Shown one piece after another: positions 42,101 through 54,360 of a stretch of DNA of 64,000 bases. Made by a program: the position numbers and the translations under genes. Each line of letters begins with the position of its first letter. The first letter of the stretch is position 1. Under the pieces are notes generated by a model. That model ran no database searches and was not told where the DNA came from. It saw nothing but the letters and a program-made list of their open reading frames with translations. The stretch covers positions 1 to 64,000 of the forward strand of contig JAZDKB010000027.1 of NCBI GenBank assembly GCA_043803405.1. The letters are read 5' to 3'. This stretch comes from Spirochaetota bacterium. GTDB taxonomy: Bacteria > Spirochaetota > UBA4802 > JAFGDQ01.

Positions 42101-42943
42101 CCATGGTGTGCCGGGTACTGTTTTTATATAGGCAAGTACATTCTCACCTCTGTAATCCTTTCCTTCGAAAATACCTTTTACGCCTAAAACGGCCTGTACT
42201 GCCGGCACTTTTATTTCAGAAAGAGGGATGCGGAGTTTAAGCGCAGTATTTTTTTGCAGCCTCAGTTCATTCAGGTAAAGTACGCTGTCCCCGTCTTTTT
42301 TAACAAGTAATGTTTCAGATGATTCGCTCGGCACAGGCCACGATTGAATTAAAGGATATAAATAATCGTAAGGATTAATGTGGAAAATCAGAGATGCAAC
42401 TGGAGTATTATTATATATTACAGGCACAATAATGTCGTACCTGATTTCATTATATACCCTGCAAAAATAAAAATCTCTAAACTCAATGCTGCTGTTTTTA
42501 ACACAATCCTTGACCTTTAAGACAGTTAACGGGTCAAAGCTGTTTGTTCCGGCATTTGTTGAAATTAACGGTTCTCCGCGGACAGTACTCAGATAAATAG
42601 CATTATAATCATAGCTGTTCTTAACAAGTGTAAGTCTTTTGATTATATCATTTCTAAGCCGGATATTATTTATGTTGTCCAGATAATGGCTGACATTTTC
42701 AATAAAAAATGGAGACTCGGAGATTACTTTTGTATCGCCTGTTCGATCTTTCAGCCACTGATGTATTTGGCCTATTTTTAGGTCAGCAATTGATTTGATT
42801 TCCGCTTCCTTTTGCCTGCGGATCGAATTTTCTTCGTATGTGTAAAATATGTACGCGCCGGTAATTAACAATATGCATACGGCACCGGCAAGAATGGAGA
42901 AATACTGGTTTTTAATGTACAAAAGTCTGTGTTCAATTTTCAT
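39116..42943 (-). CDS. Membrane histidine kinase: Cache-like-4xPAS-GAF-HisKA-HATPase
   Basis: Two TM segments, four PAS, Cys-containing [39 protein letters not shown]. Confidence 0.92.
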   Translation of the reverse strand: MKIEHRLLYIKNQYFSILAGAVCILLITGAYIFYTYEENSIRRQKEAEIKSIADLKIGQIHQWLKDRTGDTKVISESPFFIENVSHYLDNINNIRLRNDIIKRLTLVKNSYDYNAIYLSTVRGEPLISTNAGTNSFDPLTVLKVKDCVKNSSIEFRDFYFCRVYNEIRYDIIVPVIYNNTPVASLIFHINPYDYLYPLIQSWPVPSESSETLLVKKDGDSVLYLNELRLQKNTALKLRIPLSEIKVPAVQAVLGVKGIFEGKDYRGENVLAYIKTVPGTPWFMIAKVDKSEIYSELYFRAIIISLFTIALIILTGTAFSLKYNSGQKKTLEKLLNKEIELRKTQEEHKTVLYSIGDAVITTDISGLINRMNPVAEQLTGWNEAEGKGLPLEKIFRIIHEVTRETIENPVVRVLKEGLIIRLANHTLLISKDGRDIPIADSGAPVRNEAGEISGVVLVFRDQSEERASRKALQESETLYHSLFENMLNGFAYCKMLFENNRPVDFIYLAVNPSFEKHTGLKNVTGKKVSKVIPGIYESDPKLFDLYGRVALGGKPESFEIYVEALKMWFSISVYSPAREYFVAVFDVITERKQAEISLRKTKLQLQLFIEHAPAAIAMFDNEMKYITASNRFLEDYNLGSMDITGKSHYDIFPEIPDRIKEIHRHCLAGAIERSEEDPFPRSDGRTDWVRWEVRPWYEYPEKIGGIILFSEVITARKQAEEALHRSEEKFSILFNKSSLPVLLSQYPDHKFVDVNDAWLRLFGFTKEEVIGKNSIELEINREIEARERIVKELHTHNTVQNIERTLYTKSGDALTILTSINTVTIGGQQFALHAMQDITARKQAEESLKASTRFLQIAYTNMELSPLLDEFVKEIKNYTTCNAVGIRILDQEGNIPYLTYLGFSRDFYEKESPLSIKSDNCMCINVIKGTTDAKLPFYTAGGSFYMNGTTRFLATVSEEDKGKTRNVCNQVGYESVALIPIRFKYHILGLIHVADTSENKVPLYIVEILEKAGMQLGTAILRIQAEEEIRALNEKLEEKVSLRTAQLEATNKELEAFSYSVSHDLRAPLRHISGYMELLASRFPDSLPEKGKHYLDSIADSIKQMGQLIDDLLQFSRTSRQEMHLVEFEMNGLLQEVLDAVKKDSGNREITWTIPVLPSVCGDYNLLKLVWYNLLSNAVKFTRKKKKGKIEIGYSAEEKECVFSVRDNGAGFDMQYADKLFGVFQRLHSVEDYEGTGIGLANVRRIILRHKGRTWAEGETDKGAVFYFSLPKNKED

Positions 42944-43135
42944 ACATCCGGCTTAAGGAAAATAGTTTTATATTTTCTGGTCTCAGTATTAATGACAATT
43001 TAAGTTTATTACTTTTTCAAATATCGTAAAATGCCAGCTCTTTGATCGGCAGGTACATCTAGGTATTACACTGGCAATATAATTATTTTAATAGAATTTT
43101 TGTAAAAGTCAAATAAAATATGCTTTAAAAAGACA

Positions 43136-43251
43136 ACAATAAGCATTGGAATATACACGGAACTTATTTGCGATCTGATGAAATAGTTAAACAGGTAAAG
43201 ATAATGCTTTATAAAGCAAAGGAAGGCAGGACAAACAGGATTTTAATAGCG
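43136..43251 (+). pseudogene. Frameshifted remnant of a GGDEF-domain C-terminus
   Basis: TISIGI (from 43136), then in another frame ...EIVKQVKIMLYKAKEGRTNRILIA. This parallels TISIGI...ADTALYKAKQEGRNRVILA of the cyclase at 34390-35775. Confidence 0.6.
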
Positions 43252-43360
43252 CTGGGTCCGGCTGCCGAATTATTTCGTAAAACACCGCTTTCGATCCAAT
43301 ATCTTCCAAAACCGCTTTTTTATACTTTTTCAATTTTAAGCATTAAAAAATAAAAAATTC

Positions 43361-43388
43361 TTGCAAAGTCTAAATGAATAATTAGAAT
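43361..43388 (+). promoter_or_regulatory. Putative promoter of the cold-shock gene
   Basis: TTGCAA (43361-43366), 16-nt spacer, TAGAAT (43383-43388). Confidence 0.45.
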
Positions 43389-43396
43389 TGCCGGTA

Positions 43397-43469
43397 ATCT
43401 TACAAGGATAAGGCTGGCACAGTTGAACTGATTGGATTATACTAAGAAGCTATGTGCCGGAGGTAAGAT
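43397..43469 (+). promoter_or_regulatory. Structured 5' leader of the cold-shock gene
   Basis: Nested complementary pairs ATCTTAC/GTAAGAT (43397-43403/43463-43469) and CTGGCACA/TGTGCCGG (43414-43421/43453-43460). Confidence 0.5.
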
Positions 43470-43499
43470 GATTTTATTTAATATTTAAGAGGTTTTTTT

Positions 43500-43712
43500 A
43501 TGGCAGATCGCGAAACAGGTACTGTAAAATGGTTTAACAGTTCCAAAGGCTATGGATTTATCCAGCGCCAGGCAGGTGACGATATTTTCGTTCACTACAA
43601 TGCAATTTCCGGTGACGGTTTCAGGACTCTTGAAGAAGGGCAAAAAGTTGAATTTGCTGTTACCGAAACTGCGAAAGGGCTTCAAGCAGCTGAAGTTACA
43701 AAATTAGACTAA
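43500..43712 (+). CDS. csp: Cold-shock protein (CspA family)
   Basis: GTVKWFN, KGYGFI (RNP1), DIFVHY (RNP2); 70 aa; AGAGG RBS. Confidence 0.97.
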   Translation: MADRETGTVKWFNSSKGYGFIQRQAGDDIFVHYNAISGDGFRTLEEGQKVEFAVTETAKGLQAAEVTKLD

Positions 43713-43950
43713 TTATCATATCCGTTTATCAAAGTATGATCCGGTAAGCATAAATAAAACATCATATCACTTTAAACTGCCTGTCTACAAACCCCATTCA
43801 TTTAAAGCGAGCATTCTCTTTCTGAATAATCAGTGAGCCAGGTTATGAAAATAAGTTTATTTGAAGGATGATACTTTTGCTTATTTATTAAACTTTGAGA
43901 AATAATTGTTAATTATTCATAATATCAGACTGTTGCAGTTTTAATTAAAC

Positions 43951-43992
43951 CTGCAATCATCTGAAGAAGATAATTTTTTCAGATGATTGCAG
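43951..43992 (-). terminator. Long hairpin downstream of PFOR (possibly bidirectional)
   Basis: CTGCAATCATCTGAA (43951-43965) / TTCAGATGATTGCAG (43978-43992), perfect 15-bp inverted repeat ~30 nt past the PFOR stop. Confidence 0.7.
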
Positions 43993-44024
43993 TATTTCTA
44001 AACTCCAATCTGAATAAAATATTT

Positions 44025-47648
<3,624 letters not shown>

Positions 47649-48170
47649 TTAACTTTAATGAACAAGCACAACAACGATAATTATATCATCAAATGGGTAA
47701 AGTCCGTCAGTGCATGACTAAAGAGCCTGCAATAATGTTGCTCCAAGTTGACGATTATTTGAAAATGACCCTATGTTTGATCTTTTAATAAATATGAAGT
47801 AATAATCAGTATATTGAGAAAAAGAGGTTTTCTACAGCCGCGTGATGTACGGATATATCTTTGTGTACGCGGTAAGTTGCCCGCATGACAAAATAACCGT
47901 AAGTGGTAATGTTTTGCGGCAAGCAAAATACTGAGTATTGCTTCAGGAAAAATAAAAAACTCACAGGGTTTTGTTGGAATGTGTTTCATTGATTCGACAA
48001 GTGTTACTCTGAATAGAGTCAGTAAAGTATTTTCCCCGCTAAAATTAGTACCTCATTATTTATTAAAGATTTATAATGTTATAAATCTAAATTGTGGCCA
48101 TAGTAAAAGAGCATAGAATAAAAGTCAAATTTTTTTCTTTGTTTTTTGGAGAGCGCCGGGTTGGCGATAT

Positions 48171-49106
48171 TTATTTTTTATATTTGCCTGCAAGGTGGGC
48201 AATCTGCGCGTGCAGATTGATAAGATAGGGAGTTTCTGGTTGTTTGACGCCGTTGATCGTATCATAGTCTTCCCGTTTAACTCTGCTTACTACGCGTTCA
48301 ATGGACCCGTCTTCCTCGCTAAAAAATCTGAATATTTTCTTTGCAAATATTTCCGTATCGGCAATTGATCTGGATAAAAATTCTGCTACCTCATCTTTGC
48401 CTGTGAACACGAGGCGGTGCCCCTGGCAAAGCACTTCCGCTTCCAGTTCAGAAAGTCGTTTAAGAGACGCCATATAAGCGTCGTAATCAGCAAGGAATTC
48501 CGGTATTATTTTATTATTGCTGTCAAGACAGCCTGCAGCTTCAGAGGTTACAAGGACTTTTTTTTCCGGTATATAGTAGCTCATCAGATCGCGGGTATGG
48601 CCGGGCGTAGCAATGACTTCAATAGTATTATTCCCTGCAAATTTTATTACCTGCCCGTCATAAACCGTCAGGTCGATTGTAAAAGGCCGGAATTCTTCGT
48701 GCAGGACAAGGGAGGGATTGACTGTTACAGTAGAGGCAATGATTGACTCCGCGTATCTGTTTAAATCCGTCATAAGTTTTTGAGCGCTGTTTCTTGAAAG
48801 AATTTCACGCGCTTTCCCGGATGCTGCAACCATGAGCGAAGGGAAAATGCTTTTAAGATAACTGACAGCGCCGCAGTGATCCCAGTGTACATGCGTTATA
48901 AACAGGTATTTCGGCTGGCGTTCGCCGAGTATTGCTCTGATTTCGTTTTCGTACAGTTTTCCTGCTGCTGTTACACCGGCTTCAAATATAACCGGCTCCG
49001 GGCCGTCAAAAAGATATGCGGGGAAGTGGGCATCCCCGAGGACGTAAAAGTTTTCTGCAACCAGGCCGGTATTGCTAAAGATCATACTGATAATCCGTTT
49101 TTCCAA
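48171..49106 (-). CDS. MBL-fold metallo-hydrolase
   Basis: THVHWDH (HxHxDH), TPGHT, LCQGH. Confidence 0.88.
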   Translation of the reverse strand: MEKRIISMIFSNTGLVAENFYVLGDAHFPAYLFDGPEPVIFEAGVTAAGKLYENEIRAILGERQPKYLFITHVHWDHCGAVSYLKSIFPSLMVAASGKAREILSRNSAQKLMTDLNRYAESIIASTVTVNPSLVLHEEFRPFTIDLTVYDGQVIKFAGNNTIEVIATPGHTRDLMSYYIPEKKVLVTSEAAGCLDSNNKIIPEFLADYDAYMASLKRLSELEAEVLCQGHRLVFTGKDEVAEFLSRSIADTEIFAKKIFRFFSEEDGSIERVVSRVKREDYDTINGVKQPETPYLINLHAQIAHLAGKYKK

Positions 49107-49344
49107 ACAATAAAATCAGCCATATTAAAGTTAATATAAAATTAAATTTTTATTGTATTAACATGGTGATTTTATTATTTGTCTTACTTTATATTCAGCA
49201 AATATATTTTTCGGAATAATCGATTCATTAAAATAAATTGTTAATATTATCAAAGAGTCAAGGAAAAAATCCCGTATTTTTAAAGGCCGGATAAATTGCT
49301 TGTTAAATAATATTTAGTGGAATATTATTGCAATCGAGGTTGAG

Positions 49345-50247
49345 ATGAAAAATAACAATTCTTCTCCTGCAAAAATAGTATGGATACCGATAGCTGCGTC
49401 CGTTATAACTATTATACTGAAATCTGTTGCTTTTTATATTACTGGCTCCGTAGGACTGCTGTCGGATGCCATGGAGTCGTTCATTAATTTAACTGCAAGC
49501 GTTGTAGCCATGATAGCTTTAACAATTGCATGCAGGCCGCCGGACAAGCAGCATCCATTCGGGCATCATAAAGCGGAATATTTTTCAAGCATACTTGAGG
49601 GCGTATTGATTATTATTGCCGCGATAGCTATCGGCGTCACTTCGATAGAACGGCTGATCAACCCGCACATACTGGAAAAACTTAACCTCGGCCTGCTTAT
49701 CTCGGCCGGAGCTTCAATAATAAATTTTGTAACAGCAAGAATATTATTCAGAGCAGGGAGGAAGTATAATTCGATCACTCTTGAAGCTGACGCCCAGCAT
49801 TTGATGACCGATGTATGGACAACAGGCGGCGTTCTGGCCGGCTTGTTGCTGATTGAAATTACGGGATTTTCCTGGCTTGATCCTGTTATCGCCATTGCGG
49901 TGGCCGTGAATATTGTTTATACAGGCATAAAATTAATTATCCGGTCGGTTTCCGGTTTTATGGATACGGCGTTAACAGAGGCGGAACTGGATGCTGTTAA
50001 AGCGATTCTTGAAAAATATAAAAAAACCGGGATCAGCTACCACGCGTTATATACGAGAAAATCCTCGGCCATGAATTTTATTACCTTGCATTTGCTGATG
50101 CCCGGAGACTGGACGGTTTCAAAAGGACATAAAATAACGAAACAAATCGAAAAGGATATAAAATGCGATTTCCCGAACTCTGATATTTTTATACATCTTG
50201 AGCCGTTCAATGATCCGGAATCTTTCGATGATGTGTTACAGGATTAA
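49345..50247 (+). CDS. Cation diffusion facilitator family transporter (FieF-like)
   Basis: SVGLLSDAMES, PPDKQHPFGHHKAE, HLMTD, DPVIA, IHLEP. Confidence 0.93.
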   Translation: MKNNNSSPAKIVWIPIAASVITIILKSVAFYITGSVGLLSDAMESFINLTASVVAMIALTIACRPPDKQHPFGHHKAEYFSSILEGVLIIIAAIAIGVTSIERLINPHILEKLNLGLLISAGASIINFVTARILFRAGRKYNSITLEADAQHLMTDVWTTGGVLAGLLLIEITGFSWLDPVIAIAVAVNIVYTGIKLIIRSVSGFMDTALTEAELDAVKAILEKYKKTGISYHALYTRKSSAMNFITLHLLMPGDWTVSKGHKITKQIEKDIKCDFPNSDIFIHLEPFNDPESFDDVLQD

Positions 50248-50359
50248 TTTTATAAATCCTAACCCGATAGTAGTCGGAACTAAATGTAATCTCTGTGCCC
50301 ACTGTGTCTCTGTGGCAAAAATCATCCTTTGTAAGCACGCACATTTGTGTCGGGCTGTA

Positions 50360-51160
50360 CTAAGATATCAGATGCTTTGATAGCTTGTAAAAAGCCCGTT
50401 TTAAAGATGGCAGTCCGAACGCGAATCTTGACAGAACGCCGTATATCTCCTTCCTGTTTTCCGCTCTCTTTGCCTTTATGGGAGCCGGATTTTTTTCGAG
50501 GCCGAATTTGTCAGGGCTGTCTTTCAGAATAGTAATGACATGCAAGCCGCCGAATTCTTCAAGGCCGTATATGCTTGCGTTCGGGAATTCGTTTTTGACT
50601 GCCTTAAGCCTTTTCTTTGCGTTTGCCGCAATCTTAAGCCTGTAATCGAATGTCAGCGCGTCGGACGGGCAAACGCTTACGCATGCAGGCACATCCCTTG
50701 TTTTTTCAGTGCAAGCGTGGCATTTATATGCTTTGTTTTTATTAATAAATCTGCCGGTTCCGTATTCGTTGTAATCCCTGTCCGCAACATGGGGCACTCC
50801 GTAAATGCACGCTTTTTCGCATTCCCTGCAGCCTATGCATTTCTCCCTGTCGATTACAACCCAGTAGTCGTTTTTATAAACCGCATCAGCCGGGCATACT
50901 GTCCGGCAGTTCGGCACTTCGCAGTGAAAACATTTTTTATGCATCATCTGAAAAACGATTCGGTCAGAGGCCGGAATTTCCATTTTTTGAATTATTACAT
51001 GATTAAAAGTAATGGCGGATAAGGATTCCGGGCATGTGTATTCTTTCGGAAAAGACGGTTTTTCTTCAGCAGGCAGATTATTCCATTGCTTGCACGCGGC
51101 CTGGCAGGCCTTGCATCCTGTGCATTTTGTCGTGTCGACAAGAAAAGCTTTGTCAGCCAT
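50360..51160 (-). CDS. 4x[4Fe-4S] electron-transfer subunit (FdnH/FdhB-like)
   Basis: CTGCKACQAAC, CFHCEVPNCRTVCP, CIGCRECEKAC, CHAC...PACVSVCP; starts 1 nt after the large-subunit stop; no obvious C-terminal TM helix. Confidence 0.9.
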   Translation of the reverse strand: MADKAFLVDTTKCTGCKACQAACKQWNNLPAEEKPSFPKEYTCPESLSAITFNHVIIQKMEIPASDRIVFQMMHKKCFHCEVPNCRTVCPADAVYKNDYWVVIDREKCIGCRECEKACIYGVPHVADRDYNEYGTGRFINKNKAYKCHACTEKTRDVPACVSVCPSDALTFDYRLKIAANAKKRLKAVKNEFPNASIYGLEEFGGLHVITILKDSPDKFGLEKNPAPIKAKRAENRKEIYGVLSRFAFGLPSLKRAFYKLSKHLIS

Positions 51161-51161
51161 A

Positions 51162-54113
51162 TTATGCCTCCCTGCCTATGTTTACCAGAAACGCTTTGCA
51201 CTCCGGCGCACCGGAGTTTGCATCTCCGGTGTCGTGCAGCAGATTAGTATAATTATTTGCAATTGTGGCGCTGGCGGAGTTCATTATTATGCCGACCATC
51301 TCTATCTTCCTTCCGTCAATAACAATCGGCCGCATTCTTTCCGTTACAAGGCAATACGCGGTCAGTTTTCCCCTTTGGGACCTGACATATATTTTATCGC
51401 CGTTTTTAATCCCCCTGGAATCCGCAAGCGATTTGCTTATTTCACAGTAAACATCAGGGGCAAGTTCGGAAAGCCAGGTGAGATTTTTAGTCATAAGACC
51501 GGCCTGCCATCCTTCGGCCATGTTAAATGCACTCGCGATATACGGATAAGCAGCATTGTTCCCCATGTTTCGTCTAAGTAAAGCGCTTACAGGGCTGGAG
51601 CCTGCTGTGTTAAGAATGTTGTAGGCAGGGCTTTCCATGGGTTCATAGTGCTCTGGCAGGGGCCCGTCCGCCATATCCATTGCGAACATTTTCCCAACAC
51701 CTTCATAAAGCATAATGAACGGATTTTTATCCGCAGGCCCGGACTGCTCCTCCCCGTTGACTGCATCGCCTTCCCACTCGTCATCCCATTCCATCAGCCA
51801 TTTTTCTTTGTTCCACGGCTTGCCCGACCTGTTAACGCCTGCCCTGTTATAAAGTATCCTGCAGTTGCCCGGCCAGCTCCATGCCCATTTAGGATACAGG
51901 CCAAGCTTGTTCGGCGCGTCTTTCATTTTTCTTCTTTCCATCATATTGCCCGAATCCGTAAAGCTGCCGCTATAAAGCCAGTTGCCTGCTGCAGTTGATC
52001 CGTCTTCCTTAAGTTTTGTGAAGCCGGGTACGGACTTTCTTGTATTAATTTCATAACCGTTTATTTCAATCGCGGTTTTTTTCGGATCAGGATTGGCTTC
52101 TTCACCTGCATAATCCCAGTTAGCGCGCAGAATGCTGTCCGGGAAAGCCGCGTTTTTATCTTCAGCATAAAACATTTTTATCTCTTTAAATATCTTATCA
52201 TATATCCATAAATCCGGCTTCGCATGTCCCGGAGGATTTACGCATTTTAATGACCACTGAACCCATCTTCCTGCATTTGTCAGGCTTCCTGTTTTCTCCG
52301 GCAAAATCGCGGAAGGCAGCAAAAACACTTCGGTTTTTATTCTCTCGGGCTTTGCGCCCTGCCTTTTCCAGAACGCGGCGCTTTCCGATTCAAATACATC
52401 GGTTGCAACCATCCATTCCAGATTCTCCATGGAACCGGCTTTCCCTCCCGCATCCTGCGAGTTCATTAATGGGTTCGCGCCTGCGAGCAAAAGCCCGCTT
52501 ATTTTGCCTTTGCGCATGTCGTCAAACATAGCATTCCTGCTGACAGGCCTGCCTGTTTTCGGCAGCCAGTGAAAACAATAATCATTTTCTTTTGTAGCGG
52601 TTTCGCCGTAAAAGGATTTCAGCAGATTTATTATTTGGATATTTCTGGTGCTTAAAATGTTTACGCTCATGGGATTATTCGAAACCGGCGTCGTGTCTTT
52701 CAGGTACGATTCAAGCGTAGAATGTTCATCTGCCTTTGGCGCAGTAAGATACCCGGGGAGAAAATCGGGCTGGAGCCCGTGGTCGTCCGCGCCCTGGCTG
52801 TTTGCTCCGTTCCGCAACGCATACAGCCCGCCGCCCGCAATGCCTATATTGCCCATCAGCATCTGGAGAATTGCGTATGCCCTCACATTCTGCGCACCGA
52901 CAGTATGCTGCGTGGAACCTGAAGAGAACACAATGGAACCGGCTTTTTCGTTTTTATATGTCGAAGTATATGTTTCCGCTATCTTTAAAAAAGTTTCTGC
53001 AGGGCAGCCTGTAACGCGTGAAACAACATCCGGTGTGTATCTGGAAAAATGAGCATTGAGTATCTGGAATACAGTATACTGATTTTTCAGGGTTTTATCC
53101 ATTCTTGGAACGCCTTTTCTGTCTTTCTCATAATCCCACGCTTCATTATTGTATTTCCCTGCGTTAAAGCCGTTAAAATATCCGTTTTGAAAATGATACT
53201 GCGGATTAACCATGAAGGCTGCATTTGTATATTCCAGTAAATATTCCTTGTTTATTCTGTTGTTTTTAAGGGCGTAGTTTATTATGCCCCCTATGAAGGC
53301 TATATCGGTTCCGGGACGAAGAGGAGCGTGCATATCTGCAAAGGACGATGTTCTTGTGCAGCGTGGATCGGCGAGTATGATCCTCCCGCCTTTTTCCTTC
53401 GCCTTTAACATAAAGCGCACTGAAACAGGATGAGACTCGGCAGGGTTGCTCCCGATAATAAGGATAACGTCCGAGTGCTGAACATCGATCCAGTGATTTG
53501 TCATTGCGCCGTAACCGAACGTGTTCGCTAGCGCTGTGTCTGCAGCAGAATGAGATAAATCGGATTCGTTCCGGACATTTGCAATGCCCAGAACACGGGA
53601 CATTTTTGAGAGCAGATAATATTCTTCATTGTTTAAATATGACCCGGCGAAAACAGCCATCCCGTCTGTTCTGTTAACCGTGTTCTTGCCTTCGTATTCA
53701 ACGAAAGTTTTATCCCTTGTTTTTTTAATGTTTTCCGCAATTTTTTTTATTGCTGCTTCCCATGAAATCTCCTTCCATTCCGGAGCAAAAGGAGCCCTGT
53801 GCAATACTTTAGTGAGCCTTTTTTCGTTTACGCTTAGCTGGAAAGCGGCGCTGCCTTTTGCGCACAGCCTGCCATTATTGATCGGGTGGCTTTCATCGCC
53901 TTCAATATTTATTATTTTATTGTTTTTTACTGAAACCTTGATTCCGCATCCCATGCTGCAGAATGGACAAATGCTGTTTAAATTGCTTGTTCCTTTAAGC
54001 TTGTCGATCGCCAGTTTGCAGCCGCTTAACAAAGATAATGATATGCTGCTGAAAAAAGCAGCGGCTGATGCCGTGCCGGATAATTTCAGAAAATTTCTTC
54101 TGGTAATTTTCAT
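51162..54113 (-). CDS. Formate dehydrogenase-N alpha-like molybdopterin oxidoreductase, atypical (Ser at metal-ligand site)
   Basis: TRRNFLK Tat motif, CPFCSMGC...CAKG, FGYGAMTNHW, GSNPAESHP, RPGTDIAF, TQH, GPLPEHYEP match FdnG/FdhA, but the ligand segment reads NESDLSH instead of xQARx(U/C)H. Confidence 0.88.
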   Translation of the reverse strand: MKITRRNFLKLSGTASAAAFFSSISLSLLSGCKLAIDKLKGTSNLNSICPFCSMGCGIKVSVKNNKIINIEGDESHPINNGRLCAKGSAAFQLSVNEKRLTKVLHRAPFAPEWKEISWEAAIKKIAENIKKTRDKTFVEYEGKNTVNRTDGMAVFAGSYLNNEEYYLLSKMSRVLGIANVRNESDLSHSAADTALANTFGYGAMTNHWIDVQHSDVILIIGSNPAESHPVSVRFMLKAKEKGGRIILADPRCTRTSSFADMHAPLRPGTDIAFIGGIINYALKNNRINKEYLLEYTNAAFMVNPQYHFQNGYFNGFNAGKYNNEAWDYEKDRKGVPRMDKTLKNQYTVFQILNAHFSRYTPDVVSRVTGCPAETFLKIAETYTSTYKNEKAGSIVFSSGSTQHTVGAQNVRAYAILQMLMGNIGIAGGGLYALRNGANSQGADDHGLQPDFLPGYLTAPKADEHSTLESYLKDTTPVSNNPMSVNILSTRNIQIINLLKSFYGETATKENDYCFHWLPKTGRPVSRNAMFDDMRKGKISGLLLAGANPLMNSQDAGGKAGSMENLEWMVATDVFESESAAFWKRQGAKPERIKTEVFLLPSAILPEKTGSLTNAGRWVQWSLKCVNPPGHAKPDLWIYDKIFKEIKMFYAEDKNAAFPDSILRANWDYAGEEANPDPKKTAIEINGYEINTRKSVPGFTKLKEDGSTAAGNWLYSGSFTDSGNMMERRKMKDAPNKLGLYPKWAWSWPGNCRILYNRAGVNRSGKPWNKEKWLMEWDDEWEGDAVNGEEQSGPADKNPFIMLYEGVGKMFAMDMADGPLPEHYEPMESPAYNILNTAGSSPVSALLRRNMGNNAAYPYIASAFNMAEGWQAGLMTKNLTWLSELAPDVYCEISKSLADSRGIKNGDKIYVRSQRGKLTAYCLVTERMRPIVIDGRKIEMVGIIMNSASATIANNYTNLLHDTGDANSGAPECKAFLVNIGREA

Positions 54114-54360
54114 GGGCTATACTCTCCGGAAAGAATTAAAAGTACTTATGTTATGTTTTTTTTGTATGTCAATAAAATATTTATAATGAATGCTTAAATA
54201 AAATCGGATTCGGTTTAATTTTCCTTGACAAGGGCGGGTTTTCTGTTTATGTATAAGTGAAGTAATTAAAATTTTATGCTTATATTGTCGTACCGCATCC
54301 ATACAGGAAAAATGTTTAACTGCAGCTTTGCTGCTGAGTACAAAATTATTAGGAGGAGTT

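Noticed and set aside
39116..42943. Phytochrome-like photoreceptor, suggested by the Cph1/Rcp1-type kinase core and receiver
   Set aside because: No PAS-GAF-PHY module or DIP motif; only the transmitter type is shared.
43168..43353. 61-aa ORF as a real gene
   Set aside because: Better explained as a frameshifted GGDEF remnant running into AT-rich sequence.
47805..47905. TTTCTAC and CCGTAA words reminiscent of a purine riboswitch
   Set aside because: Spacing and stems do not fit, and they are antisense to the flanking genes.
47771..47989. 72-aa minus-strand ORF upstream of PFOR
   Set aside because: No RBS, no motif and no protein-like pattern.
53550..53560. Selenocysteine recoding in the FDH-like gene
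   Set aside because: The ORF has no in-frame TGA; the ligand-position codon is TCT (Ser).
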